Shown here in pieces: positions 15,362-27,736 of a stretch of 64,000 bases of DNA. The stretch lies in assembly GCF_009914755.1 (NCBI RefSeq), contig NC_060928.1; one strand, written 5' to 3'. Position 1 is the stretch's first letter. The number at the start of each line of letters is the position of its first letter. The notes under the pieces are model-generated. The model was not told where the DNA came from and did no database searches. It saw nothing but the letters and a program-made list of their open reading frames with translations. This stretch comes from the human T2T-CHM13v2.0 reference genome, Homo sapiens. The position numbers and the translations under genes are program-made.

Positions 15362-16889
15362 GAATTCTTGGTCGTTTTGGCTATGAAATTGGGACAGAGC
15401 CTCTGATTTCCACATACAATTGCCACTTGGAGTTTTATATTCATGACTTCTCTGACATGACTCTCAGGAAAAGCAGCTATTAGCTTGCAACTGGGCTCTT
15501 GTGGAAACTAGACACCTCATTTATGGAGTCATTGTGACTACAACCTGATATTTCCATTTTAGGGTAGTTCAACTCGGACTCAATGACTAACAATGTGAGA
15601 ATGACCTAACAAGTCTCACTTGTTAAATATAAATGGTATATTCAAGAATGCAGCCAGCCTTGTCCCATTGGAATCTTTGTTTAGATGAAAAAATGGCAGC
15701 TGTTCTTTTGGGGGAAGCATTCCACTGCTTAAAGCAAAACTGCTAGCTCAATGGGGCCTACAATGCACAGAGAGTTTCTTCAATGCCTGGTCCTGGATCA
15801 CTAAGGGTATTCATTGGGATTCTGTGGCTGTTCAAGCTCTGCACTGACTATACAGAACCAAAAGCACAGGTGGTCATGCCACCCAGTAGGCAGAACTAAA
15901 GCCTCTTCTCATCTCTCTTTCTGGTCAATACTCCCACTTAGTAAAACATTTTATTTTATGGATTCATGAACAGTTGCAAATAACATAGCTATTTGGAATG
16001 CCATTTTAAACATTACAGACTATCAGATTAAAGACATCCTTGTTTGGAACTGTGGCCTATGGAAACAAATTGCAGCTACTGTTCAAACTGCCTGGTTCGT
16101 TTATGTAGATATTCATGGTAAGGGCCTGTTTTCTGATGATACCAACTGGAATCAACACTTCAATCATAGACAAAGGTATTTGATAGACTTTTCACACTCC
16201 CTACTATTCACAACCATCTAACATTGCTGGACATTGGAATGACCTCTTCAAAAATTGACTTAAAAATATTTCTAACCCTACATCCTTTGTGTCACCCTGA
16301 TCAACGTACCTTAGAAAGAAGGGCATTCTAGTAAATTAATGTGGCTATCTCCAGAAAGGGATTTGCTTTCACGTGCTTCCTGGGTAGTGATTGGGAGAAA
16401 AGCAATGGGAGCTATGTAGACAGATTTTGAAAATTTGGGATACTGTTGTAATCATTCCCAAGTATGATGTTTCTTTCTTTCCTCTAGCAACAACTCCAGT
16501 CTGTTCTTGATGTTATACCCTATTAGTGGCAGTCCACTGAAAGCAGGACCTAGCTGATTCAAAATTAATTCTGATTTAGACACTTGAATTCTCTTATTAG
16601 ATATGCATGGTCATATATTGAAATGACCACTTGGTTGAGTTTACTGCTTGTTAAGTCCCACAGTAGTGGCCCATGTGAGCCAAATTGGGTCCCGTAGAAG
16701 GTTTTTGTAAGTTTTATAAAAATTCCTTTGTCTCTCTTAGACTTGAGCTTTCCAGATCAAAGATCTGAATGTGAGTAGGGAATGATTTGAAAAAAACAAA
16801 TGCAGTGATAGCTACTGGAAGAGACTTTAAGGTTGTAGCAGACAGACCATAGAGTGGTCCCTGGGGACCCTCACTTGTTTATTATATAG

Positions 16890-17031
16890 TGCTAGAAAGC
16901 CTGGAAAAATTGTCTCCTAATGTTTATGGGAAGCAGAACTTCTAATGATAGACTTATTTATTTAGCTAAAGAGATTTCCAAACAAAGTGTTGAAGGTACC
17001 ATCTGGTTTCTTCCTCCTGCTTATAGTAAAA

Positions 17032-17084
<53 letters not shown>

Positions 17085-18673
17085 CACTTGAGGAGAAAAC
17101 TGTGAAGCAAAAAGGAACGAGGAACCAGGACTTGATGAATTTGAAAATTCTCATCATATTAAAATGGCAAAAGATGCTAAAATTCAGACATCACTTCTGA
17201 AATCTTGATATAGAGAAAAAGCCAAAGATGTGGCTGTGTTAATTCTTGCTAAAACTTAAGAAAAAAACAAAAAGTTAAAGTTTTCAGTTCCACAAAGACC
17301 CTTTGAAGAGTTTAAAGGTGTGTATTGTAGCTCCTCTTAATCAAACCATAAGGCCTACAGGAGGCTTAAGGGCACTGACCCTTACCCATCTCAGCAGGAG
17401 GTTAAAAGAGAGAATGGATTAACTTGAAAAGATCTGTGGAGGTAGATTTTGTCAAATCGAGTAAAGTCTACTTAAAATCCATGGGAGACCTACAAAGTTT
17501 TTGCAAAATTTATTTCATTAAAAACACTGCTCCATAGACTGAAAAGGACAGAGAGAGTGTAAAATGAAAGAAAGTTGTTAGATCTCTAAAATTGTACTTA
17601 CAGGAAGCAGGCTGATAAAACCATTTAGCAGCAAAAGTTCTACCTTCCATGAAAAAGGAAGAATCCATAGGGTAGATCTTAATACCATGGAGGGCAATTC
17701 CAGGTCTTAAAAAGCAATTAAGAAATGACAAACATTTACCTATTTGTATTTAAGTTCTACTGAACCACTGTTTCTGCCCTCCATTTTACCTTCTTTTTGA
17801 CTGGGACTGTCTTCTGCTGTTATTCTATTTTAGTCTTACCACTTTATATTAGTGTTCTAGGGGTTGACAACTTGTCTTTAGTTTTTCAGATCCACAGTTA
17901 GAGAGGAATTGTCCCCTGGGAACTGTACTTAAAAGATTTCAGCCAGAAGCCTTATCTGCGCCTGGACCTGGTTTAGATGATGAAATTTTGAACTTTGAGC
18001 TTGATGCTATAATGAATGACACTCTTGAGAACTTTGGAAGGTAGTGAATGTGTGTTGCAGGTAGAAGGGACATGAGTCATTGGGGGCCAGAGGGCAGACT
18101 ACGGACTATGGTAGGTAGATCATGGGATGGTTCTCCCTGATTCCTCTCTCCTGGTGTATACTCCCTCATATAATCTCTTTCCATTGATCACGGGCTGGAC
18201 ATTGGACTTATAACCAATATAATTCAGTGAAGGTGATGGGATGTGACTCCTGAGATTACATTATGATGTGTAACATTCCAGCAAACTTAGTTTAGAGAAC
18301 TTCTCTGTGTTGGTGGCCTTAAAGCAAGATGCTATGTGGTGAGATACAGTAGTTGCAATAACTGTGGATGGAGCGTCTAGTTCCTGACATAGTCTCTCAT
18401 AAGAAACTGAAGCCTCAGTCTTTCAGCCATAAAGAAATAAATTCTGCCAACAACCCGAGGGACCCTTGGGAGCATATTTTCCCCCTGTCAAACCTCTGAT
18501 GAGACCACAACCCTGGTAACACCTGGATTGTAGCCTGGTGAAACCCTTAGCAGAGGACCCAGTTAAGCCATGCACAGATTCCTGACCTATAGTAACAACG
18601 AAATAATAAATGATAGTTCTTTTAGGATGCTAAGTTTTTAATAATTTGTTACACAACATGGAAACCTAATGCA
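16890..18673 (+). mobile_element. MLT1 internal fragment plus MLT1E/F-type 3' LTR (LTR ~18107-18673)
   Basis: MLT1-int motifs (ttagctaaagagatttccaaacaaagtgttgaagg), PPT gggggccagagggcagac, LTR end ttgttacacaacatggaaacctaatgca. Confidence 0.8.
17032..17083. repeat. Compound (TG)n(AG)n microsatellite
   Basis: Seen directly. Confidence 0.95.
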
Positions 18674-19553
18674 GGAATGATGAAGGGAGAACAGCCTCAT
18701 CACCTGAGAAAGGAATACCTCAAAACCCAGGATGTAGGAAGAAGGAAGGATAGTGATTTTTTTTTTTTGTCTTTCAGATTACTCAAGGAGCCGTCTCATG
18801 TAGAAAGACGCCCTCATAGGCTCTCACAAACTGTTGCAAGCATCTCAAATTTTATTGACTGCTGGGTCTTACAATTCCTCACCAGATGGCTTTGAACACA
18901 GTTCGATCATCAATCTCATTGATGCTACTGATAATTCTATTGGAACAGCAGGAGATGGCTCTAGCTCCTAAACCTGCCACTCGAAACACCTGTCATCACC
19001 TCGAAAGATCTTTCCAATACCCACTGGTACAGTTGTAACTCAATCACTTCGCAAGACAGATAATTGCATGTGGCCAAAGATGTACCTGGTCAACAGGACA
19101 GGTTAGACTATCTGCTCTCAGGTAGTCCCTCCAAATCAATGGCTGGACTCGGTTGTTCAAAATGAATAGGAAATCCTAAGGCTTATCAGCAAATTGGAAA
19201 GTCATGTTCGAGGTCCTATCAAGCTAGGCTCCTAAAAGATATAGTCCCCACCTGGAGGAGGGCATCAAAGAATTTTAAACAGCTCTTTCATTTTAGGGCC
19301 ACTATTTGTGCCCTAAGACTATGCTTCTTGTACAGAAGCTAGCTATTAATTTGCCTCCCACTCAAACATGTTTGCTTAAAAACTTTAATTGTGGTTATTA
19401 GGGAAGTTCAGAGTGATTTGGGTCACATTACCAGAGATCATGTATCCAAAACACAACTGTAGAGATCTCTCCCAAATGTATCTACCCTTGTTTACTCATG
19501 GGAACTTCCTGGGAATGTAACTGACTCATTACATTGTCACAACTGTGGGCAGT

Positions 19554-20100
19554 TTCCCTAAAATGGGAATCATCCAGTTAGAAAGGGTAGTAAAAAATAT
19601 GTGTCCAACTTTATCTAAAGTCATCAGTGATGCCATCTGACCCTTGAAAGGTATTCAGGTCGGCCGGGTGTGGTGGCTCACACCTGTAATCCCAGCAGTT
19701 TGGGAGGCTGAGGTGGGCAGACCACCTGAGGTCAGGAGTTTGAGACCAGCCTGACCGATATGATGAATTTTTAGTCTCTACTAAAAATACAAAAGTTAGC
19801 CAGGCATGGTGGCATGCGCCTGTAATCCCAGCTACTCAGGAGCTGAGACAGGAGAATCACTTGAACACAGGAGGCGGAGGTTGCAGTGAGCCGAGATTGT
19901 ACCATTGTACTCCAGCCTGGGCAACAAGAGCAAAACTCTGTCTAAAAAAAAAAAAAAGAAAAGAAAGAAAGAAAAAAGAAAGGTATTCAGATCAGCCTCA
20001 ACTCACTGGTAAGGATTGCCTTAGATTTTTATCCTTGAGGGCCAAGGATTAGTCTGTGTAATTGAAAATATATCCTGCTGGATTAATGCCATGGACCATT
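19554..20100 (+). pseudogene. Retroviral env TM relic split by an Alu
   Basis: Translates FPKMGIIQLERVVKNMCPTLSKVISDAI*PLKGIQ-[Alu][13 protein letters not shown]/ILEGQGLVCVIENISCWIN: heptad repeat, immunosuppressive-domain-like segment and degenerate CX6CC. Confidence 0.75.
19662..19977 (+). mobile_element. AluSq/Sp-like
   Basis: Full dimer with ggcaacaagagcaaaactc end; 16-bp TSD gaaaggtattcag(g/a)tc at 19646-19661 and 19978-19993. Confidence 0.95.
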
Positions 20101-22208
20101 TCAATGCAGAAACTTGTGAAAGACACTTCTTGGTTTTCTAAAGTAGACCCTATTGATGTATAGGAATTATTCTATAAATACCTTGAAGGACATGGATGAG
20201 CATAATATTGCAGATTGACCAGATCTACTTGTTTAGAGTACTAGAGATAGTAGCCTTATGGTCAGATTATTCAGGGTAGCTGTTGAGATTATTCAGGGCA
20301 GCTGTTGACATGGCATAATCTAATGGGAAAATTTGCCAGAAACCAAGATGATATTGATTAGAGGGAGTGCTGTTTTGGGGAAACAATTCTCTATGGATCT
20401 CTGATGTCTCCATGTCTTACAAGCAGAAGCACTGACTGCTGTTTGTCCTGGACTATCTTTTAAGGCATATTTACATAGAGATAGTGTCTTCACGGGAGCA
20501 AAGAGCACACATGCTTACTGCCCAGATAATGTTTCTCTGAGAGCAAAAAGCAGAAATGCTTCCTGCTCATTACTAAAGATTCATGTTTCTTAAGCTCAGT
20601 GTCTCTTTCCTGTGGACTACAACCCACTAAATGTGCATGTATCATCTGTCCCTCCTAGTGTCTCCTTATAGAAATGGGGACCTGGGAACAGGTGCAAAAT
20701 ATATGCTGATACACTGGCTACTGGAATTAGCTTAAAGTAATAAACTCCCCTTTTTCTGTGACTCAGGAGTCTCATGTCTTCTGCCACCAACCTTGAAGTT
20801 GGGTCAGTCTAACTTGTTAAGTTACAAATAGGGTAGAACCTCAGACCTTTCGCAATTCTTAATAAGGTGATGTATGCCACATTTGGGCCAAGGCAGAGAA
20901 AAAATGTGTATGGTTCCCCTCACCTCCCATCCCCCTTTTAAACTGCTATTGGATGGAAGCCCACAATGAAAAGAGTTGTTTCTCTGACAGCCCTCTGCAT
21001 AACAGGAAAAACTGGTTGTTCTATTAGGTAAGACAGCAATCATTTTTTAGAAAGCTAACTTACTGAAGTAGGGTTTATTTGCTACCATGATGGGAGGTTT
21101 GTGCATTAATTTGACTAAGAATGACAGACTAACAAATGTGAGTAGCCAGAAATCACACACATCACACCTTCTGAAAATGTCTGTGGAACCAACTGCAGAT
21201 GAACACATAGGCCAGTACGGCTTGGTAGGCAGCACAGGTGGTGATTCCCTTACTCATCTGCTATGGTGTATAAACTTCAACTTCAAGGCCTAAAAGCCTC
21301 ACAACCCCATAATTGGAGGTGTTCTGAGTTTGTCTTGCTCTGCTAGGTCTCTGAGCATTACTCTGGTATGTGATGACCAATGGAAGACTTGTCTAGCTAC
21401 CATTGGTTTTGAGTCTTTTCTAGTACATGTTGTTCCTATTGGTCTAGTATATCTGCTGTCTGAGCATTCACCTTTGTTCACTTACTATTTCACACATTTC
21501 TAGAATTACTCTATCAACATAGAAATAGTATTGGATGATGGATGCCACTCCAACTAGTTATGAACAAATGTGGCACTTTATCAGTAGTTGAGCAACAGGC
21601 TAAGAAACAGTAAACACTTCAGGACAGAAGGTTGGATAACTTATTATGTGGCAAATATTTCATAAAATTGCTGTGTGCCATAATGTGAAAAGCAGACCAA
21701 GATTTTACTGTACCTGTATTTCTTGGGAAATTTTGTTCTAAAAATTAAAAACATTTGTGTATGTTGGCTTTACTCCCTCTCCCTGTAAAATGGGACTTTA
21801 AGAAATAACAGTTCATGCAATAACTATCTGCTTTGATAGCTGAAATGGGAAAGAATAGAGAAATTTACCGCTTAGCAAGATTGAGAAAATCTACAGACAA
21901 GAAGGGTAAAACAAGACAGAGAACAAGTTAAGGGCAACAAATACCCAGTAAAGTTTCCCAGTTAATCTAAGTGACTCAGTCCAGAAGCAAAGATCAGATA
22001 AGGTTTTACTTTGCCTTTCAAGTGAAGTGTTTTAGGTGGTCTCAAAATAGCCACCATTAGGTTGAGAGTGAAAGGTGTGGAAGGGAGAAAACGAGGTAAG
22101 ACAGACTTGAGAATTATTTCTAACAAAGGACTTTCATATAGTTCCTGGTACTTAGCATTGATTAGAAGCAAAAGCCTCCCCAAGTCACAGGAAATTTTTC
22201 TGGGGAAA

Positions 22209-23180
22209 TTTGATAACTAGTTGTATGTATCAACTTGACTGGATATTACTTTCTCCTACTTGATGATTCAGACACTCGGACTGTTTCTAAATTTTTGTGC
22301 AAATAGTTCCCAAGGATTCAGGGACTTCTGTTCCCAGCTCAAAATCTGGGATCTCACTCCCTGATTCTGTATTCTAGCAACTCCAACACAGATCCTACAC
22401 TGTCATGATCCTGCGTTTCAGTAACTAGCAGACAACTATATGCCCTTATCCCCTTTCCCATCCATTTTATAGTTACAGTGCAGGGACAAGACATCCATGA
22501 TAAAAAGCAAAACCAATATGCCACCTGAATATTCAGAGAAGGGAAGAATAAGAAAACACACCAACTCCAGTTCAAGGCAAAGGGGCAATCCTATAGGAGG
22601 GCGTCATGAAGCCCTGCTCTGGCAGGGGTGGAAGTTCCTGAGTAGACAGTAATTCTGCTCTCTGAAAGGATCATTGTTCTCTGTGAGCCTTCATTGCACT
22701 CTACATAGATTTCCTAGTTCATGTTCCTGTTAGAGTCATAGGTGAGGTGGATGTCTACAAGAGTATTTAAGGAGGAAATCAAAACCTGACTTGATAGACT
22801 GAGTAAAGATCACCCTTCACCAGTGCAGGTGGGCGTCATTCAATCCACAGAGACCCTGAACAGAACAAAAAGGTGAAGGAAGGAAGAATTCACACTCTCT
22901 TTTTCAGCCAGGACATCTGTCTTCTGCTCTTGGACATCAGTGCTCCTGATTCCCAGGCCTTAGGACTTGAGTCAGGACTTTTATCATTGGCCCTCCATTC
23001 AGTTCTTGGATTGCAAGTATACCAGCAGCTTTTCTAAGCCTCTAGCTTGCAGACAACAGACCATGTGACTTCTCAGCCTCCAGAAGAATGTGAGCCAATC
23101 CCTCATAAAAAAATCTTTTTGTATATATCGCTCTATATATGTCCTAACAATTCTGTTTCTCTGGAGAACCGTAGCAATAA
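22209..23180 (+). mobile_element. MLT2 (ERVL) LTR interrupted by a 515-bp inverted copy
   Basis: 5' end tgataactagttgtatgtatcaacttgactgg (22211-22242); resumes ~22750 (gatagactgagtaaagatc...) and ends ttctgtttctctggagaacc. Confidence 0.85.
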
Positions 23181-23826
23181 AAAAAAATCAAAATCCCTGA
23201 AGTAGAAAGCCTTTGATATTTGTTCTTGAACTGCTATCAGATCCCAAAACACACACAAGCACAAAGCATGCTAGTAAAGCCCCACAGCCATCACAGAGGG
23301 AATAACGCCAACATCCACCTCACCTCTGACTCTAAGAGGAACATGAACTAGGAAATCTATGCAGAGTGCAATGAAGGCTCACAGAGAACAATGATCCTTT
23401 CAGAGAGCAGAATTACTGTCTACTCAGGAACTTCCACCCCTGCCAGAGCAGGGCTTCATGACGCCCTCCTATAGGATTGCCCCTTTGCCTTGAACTGGAG
23501 TTGGTGTGTTTTCTTATTCTTCCCTTCTCTGAATATTCAGGTGGCATATTTGTTTTGCTTTTTGTCATGGATGTCTTATCCCTGCGCTGTAACTATATAA
23601 TGGATGGGGAGGGGAGATAAGGGCATATAGTTGTCTGCTAGTTACTGAAACGCAGGATCATGACAGTGTAGGATCTGTGTTGGAGTTGCTAGAATACAGA
23701 ATCGGGGAGTGAGATCCCAGATTCTGAGCTGGGAACAGAAGTCCCTGAATCCTTGGGAACTATTTGCACAAAAATTTAGAAACAGTCCGAGTGCCTGAAT
23801 CATCAAGTAGGAGAAAGTAATATCCA
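22240..23826. repeat. Inverted repeat: arms 22240-22754 and 23311-23826, 556-bp spacer
   Basis: Manual alignment of arm 1 with the reverse complement of arm 2: about 13 substitutions and 1 indel in 515 bp (~97%). Confidence 0.98.
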
Positions 23827-24129
23827 CAAGTTATGATAGTGTAAAATTCTATTGTGTTAAGCCACTGAAATTTGCAGGTTTCTTTCTTAAAAGACTAGTG
23901 TTATCCTTAGTTGGCAATTCTCAAATTAGTATTCATTTTCAGCACCTAAAGAGCCTTTTCAGACTTTTTATTTATAATGACCTCTTATTAAATTTTACTG
24001 TCTGTTTATGTTTTATATGTGTATCTTTGCATTACATATAAGAAGAGAACTATTCTCCCTCCACACCAGAATCATTTTTTTTTGCCCCTTGAGGGCGCAA
24101 TTGCCTGATTGAGAACAGGTGCCCAGAAT

Positions 24130-24600
24130 GATGCTAAGATGTGTTCCCTCTCCTGCCCACCTCTCTTTCCTCTCTTAAGGTTCCCATCTATCACTGCACA
24201 CTAATCATGTTCACCTTCTTTCCATTTCTTGAACATGAAAAGCTCTTTCTAACCTGAAGGTCTTTTTTATTTGTTTACTCTTTTCCTTGAAAACTTTTAA
24301 TTTCAGTCTTTGTACTGCTGACTTCCTCTAATTTTTTGTGATATTTCTTAACATTTTCTTAAATGTTACCTTTTCAGAGAAACCTGTTTCTAAGGTGATC
24401 TACTCTTGTTATTCTTAGTATTCTGTTTTCTTTCATAGCACTTATGATAATTTTAATAATATATTTGACTATTTTGATATGTACTTATTCTTATGCCCGT
24501 CACTCACTACAAGACACTCCATATATACTTGGAATTAATATACTTGCTAATTAATACTGAAGAGCAGACATAAAAATGATAAGTTAATGAATAAAGCAAG
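24130..24600 (+). mobile_element. L2 remnant
   Basis: cttaaatgttaccttttcagagaaacc, ttcatagcacttatgata motifs. Confidence 0.55.
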
Positions 24601-25507
24601 CAAGCAAGAAAGAAAGGAATCAATAGCAGGTCAATTCCACTATTTTTAAATTAACCTTCTTTTCACTCCATTTCCTCTTTTGCTGTCTAGAGTTCAAAGT
24701 TCATATTTGGTTTTGCTAAACTTTAGAGAAATTTCTCATTAATCTGTGAAAGAAATGTTAAGTATAAAATTTCACTAAAGCTGAACAAGTTCATGCTCAC
24801 TACTTCCGGTCCATCTGGTAGCTTCTTGCCCAGATTTCCTTCTCCTGAACTTCTCATCCAGAACTTTCAAGATGTTTTCCAGAGGCCCACGATAATACTT
24901 ACTAATAAATATGTTACAAAAGTTAGTGACCACATGTACTACCTGAAGGTGTTTCCAAGGAGAAGATTTCCCCTCTCCACTGTCTTTCAAGGCCACCCCT
25001 CAGTGAAGTTGTAGTGTTCAGTCAACCCTTCTGTGAACCAGGCTTTAGTTTCCTTCTTCCTTTTTCATTCTTCTATTAGCTGGTCACTGGGGCTTCACAC
25101 AAAGGCACAGGTGTAGGTGGAGATAGATATGTTGATGTAGAGTAGGTGGTGGATGGGGTGGTTCCTACTTGTTTATGTAATTTACTTATGCAATCCAGAT
25201 CTGCTTGGGCTTAATCCCACATATACCACTTTCAATTTATACTGGTTTGTTGCTAGGTGGCCTACATTTATGACATGATGAGTCTGACAATGATTAGTGT
25301 ATGATGGGCAGCTTTAGTCATGCGGTCGTTTGATGCCTTACAATCAGATATTCAGTTTCCAGTAAGGCCCCCAATCCAGAAATTGTACTGCAAGTGGTTT
25401 ACAATTCCCTGCTGAAGAAGAAGGTCTTATTCCAAACCCTAGTGGCCTGTGCTGTAACTTTCTCATTAGAGTACTCTGAGGACTCCACACAATGTTCTTT
25501 TCTACAG

Positions 25508-25785
25508 CAGAGCTCAGAATATTATAGCCTATGGGACAAATCTGACTCAGGGCCTGGTTTTGTAGTTAAGGTTTTATTGGAACATAGACACACTTATTTG
25601 TTTACATATTGTCTGTGGTTCCATTTGCACTACCAAGGCAGAGTTGAATAATTTTGGGATAATGGTAGCGTTGAATAGTTGTACTACATCAGCAGAGTGT
25701 AGTCATTGCAGCAAAGACCCTAAGGCCTTCAAAGCCTAAAATATTTACTACCTGGCCATTTACAGAAACATTCTGCTGACTCCTG
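25508..25785 (+). mobile_element. MER58 (hAT-Charlie) MITE
   Basis: gttttattggaacatagacacac ... aaagcctaaaatatttactacctggccatttacagaaa; flanks ttctacag/ctctataa fit a degenerate hAT 8-bp TSD. Confidence 0.88.
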
Positions 25786-26115
25786 CTCTATAACTTGTTG
25801 GATCTGCCAGATCATATCACCGAAGTGGTAAGGCTGTTTCTACAACAGCGTACAACTGCTGCTAAGCTGACTTCGGCTCTAGACCCACTCAAAATTGGCA
25901 GTGTTCTAAGTCACCTGATAAATGAATCAAAGCAGTACGCCCTAGTACGGTATGTGTTATTTCAAAAATCTGCAAATGTCTGCCAAGCATTGCAACCTTT
26001 CAGTAGCAGGAAGTTCTGATGTCCTGGCATGCACCATATCATTGGATCCTTAAAAGTTTCATTAATATGGCAGGTCCCTTGCTCTAGCAAGCAGTCAACT
26101 TAAAAAGGCATACAT

Positions 26116-26421
26116 GATCCGGCGCAGTTGCTCACACCTGTAATCCCAGCACTTTGGAAGGCCGAGGTGTGTTGGATCACCTGAGGTCAGGGGTTCAAGA
26201 CCAGCCTGGCCAACATGGTGAAAACTCATCTCTACCAAAAATACAAAAAGTAGCTGGGCATGGTGGCAGATGCCTGTAATCCCAGTTACTCGGGAGGCTG
26301 AGGCAGGAGAATTGCTTGAACTTGGGAGGCGAGGTTGCAGTGAGCCGAGATCGCGCCACTGCGCTCCAGCCTGGGCGACAGAGAGAAATGCTGTTTCAAC
26401 AACAACAACAATGACAAAAAC
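26116..26421 (+). mobile_element. AluS (Sx/Sz-like)
   Basis: Dimer with (CAA)n-type tail; TSD aaaggcataca at 26104-26114 and 26422-26432. Confidence 0.95.
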
Positions 26422-26661
26422 AAAGGCATACAGAGTATCTGTTACTTCCTGCTTCCCAAAGTCTTGAAAAAGAATCAGAGAGATTGTCCATAGAATGTCC
26501 AGATAATCAAGATCTTTTCAGACTACAGTGTGACAATGTAGCAGAGTTAATACCATCCTGAGGCGAGATCATGTACTATTTACTTTCCATCCAAATGAAT
26601 GCTTCTGATTCTTTTTCTGACAGGGAATAAAATTAAATTCATTCACTAAATTAATAGCTAC

Positions 26662-27150
26662 TATATGAATTTTCTGCGGCTGCTGTGACTATGGCAACAG
26701 TAGCTTAAAACAACACAAATTTCTCATCTCGTGATTCTATAGATCAGAAGTCTGATATAGATCTCTCTGAGCTAAGATCAAAGAGTTGGCAAAGTGCATT
26801 CTTTTCTGGAGTCTGTAGGGAAGACTCCTTTCCTATGCCTTTTCCACCCACTTTCCTTGGCACATGGCCTCTTTCTCCATCATTAAAGCCAGCAATGTTT
26901 GGCCAGTTCTCACAATGCCGTCTCTTTGGTTCTCTCTCCCTATTCACTCTTCTGCATTTAAGGACCCTTGAGATTATATTAGGCACACACAGATAATCCA
27001 AGATAATCTTCCTATTTTAAGGTCTGATGTTTAGTAACTTTAATTCCATCTACATCGTTAATTTTCCTTTGCCATGTAACCTAACATATCCACAGGTTTC
27101 AGAGAGCAGGACGTAGACATCTTTGTAGTGCTGTTACTGCGTCTGCCACA
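26662..27150 (-). mobile_element. MLT1D-like LTR
   Basis: gcttaaaacaacacaaattt ... gataatccaagataatctt ... gtctgccaca. Confidence 0.85.
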
Positions 27151-27736
27151 ACTACATATCAAGTATAGAGTCTGTGTTGCCTTCTTGTAGGAAATATGCT
27201 AAAGCAGCTGTGAAAATGAGTGTGCCACTTGGTTAAAGATATGAAACTTCACTTTCAATTGCCATGACGTATCTAATTTGTTATAGGCCAGTATTGGTGA
27301 ATTAAATGAGGATAAGAATTCAGATCACAAAACTTATTTTTTAAAAGTCTTTGAGTTTGGCATCAATTTCTACCATTTGGCATGTCATGCAGTAGTGTTT
27401 CTGATTTTCTATCCTGGATAGGTTGAAGAGGCAGTATCAGAGAGCTCTGCTTATTTTTTTCTATAATAATGTTTCTTATACCACAGAGCAGGGAACCAAT
27501 GTGAGGGTTCTGCTAAGTATATCAATGTTAGCACAGGCAGGGATTATGAAAACAATAGAAGGAACTGCTCCTATGTATACTTGTGGTGGCATCAGGATCC
27601 TTCAATATAACAATCTGATTTAGCTTCCAATCTTTGTTAATAAAATTTCTGAAAAGGAGATATACCTGCTTTGTCATGAAAGATAGTTCTCTATGGAGAT
27701 ATGAGTAATACCGAACACACTGTTAACTATGTACAT

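Larger units (their letters stand above)
13528..20864 (+). mobile_element. Degenerate provirus with MER68/MER77-like LTRs: truncated 5' LTR 13528-13846, internal pro/IN/env relics, 3' LTR 20371-20864
   Basis: Both LTR copies share gctgatac..gctact and tctg..ac..ggagtct..tg.cttctgc motifs; protease-like LLD/SGTQVT ~14518-14545; integrase-like FHTPYYSQPSNIAGHWNDLFK ~16190-16255; polypurine tract agagggag before the 3' LTR. Confidence 0.75.
21560..23910 (+). mobile_element. Old MLT1-int and LTR-end remnants hosting an MLT2 LTR and the inverted duplication
   Basis: MaLR-like internal sequence; LTR end ttctattgtgttaagccactgaaatttg at ~23850-23880. Confidence 0.55.
24770..27650 (-). mobile_element. 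ERVL internal (pol RT/RNase H) relic
   Basis: ORF 24775..24996 ALKDSGEGKSSPWKHLQVVHVV resembles the ERVL RNase H motif ALKDSGEGKSSQWAEL; continues antisense through RT-like sequence. Confidence 0.8.

Noticed and set aside
22240-23826. Long-TIR (Foldback/MuDR-like) transposon interpretation of the inverted repeat
   Set aside because: No TSD at the outer ends, and the spacer is the continuation of the MLT2 LTR whose 5' end lies outside the left arm
23912-24120. Possible hAT-Charlie MITE (ttctcaa ... ttgagaac)
   Set aside because: Too degenerate to assign by eye
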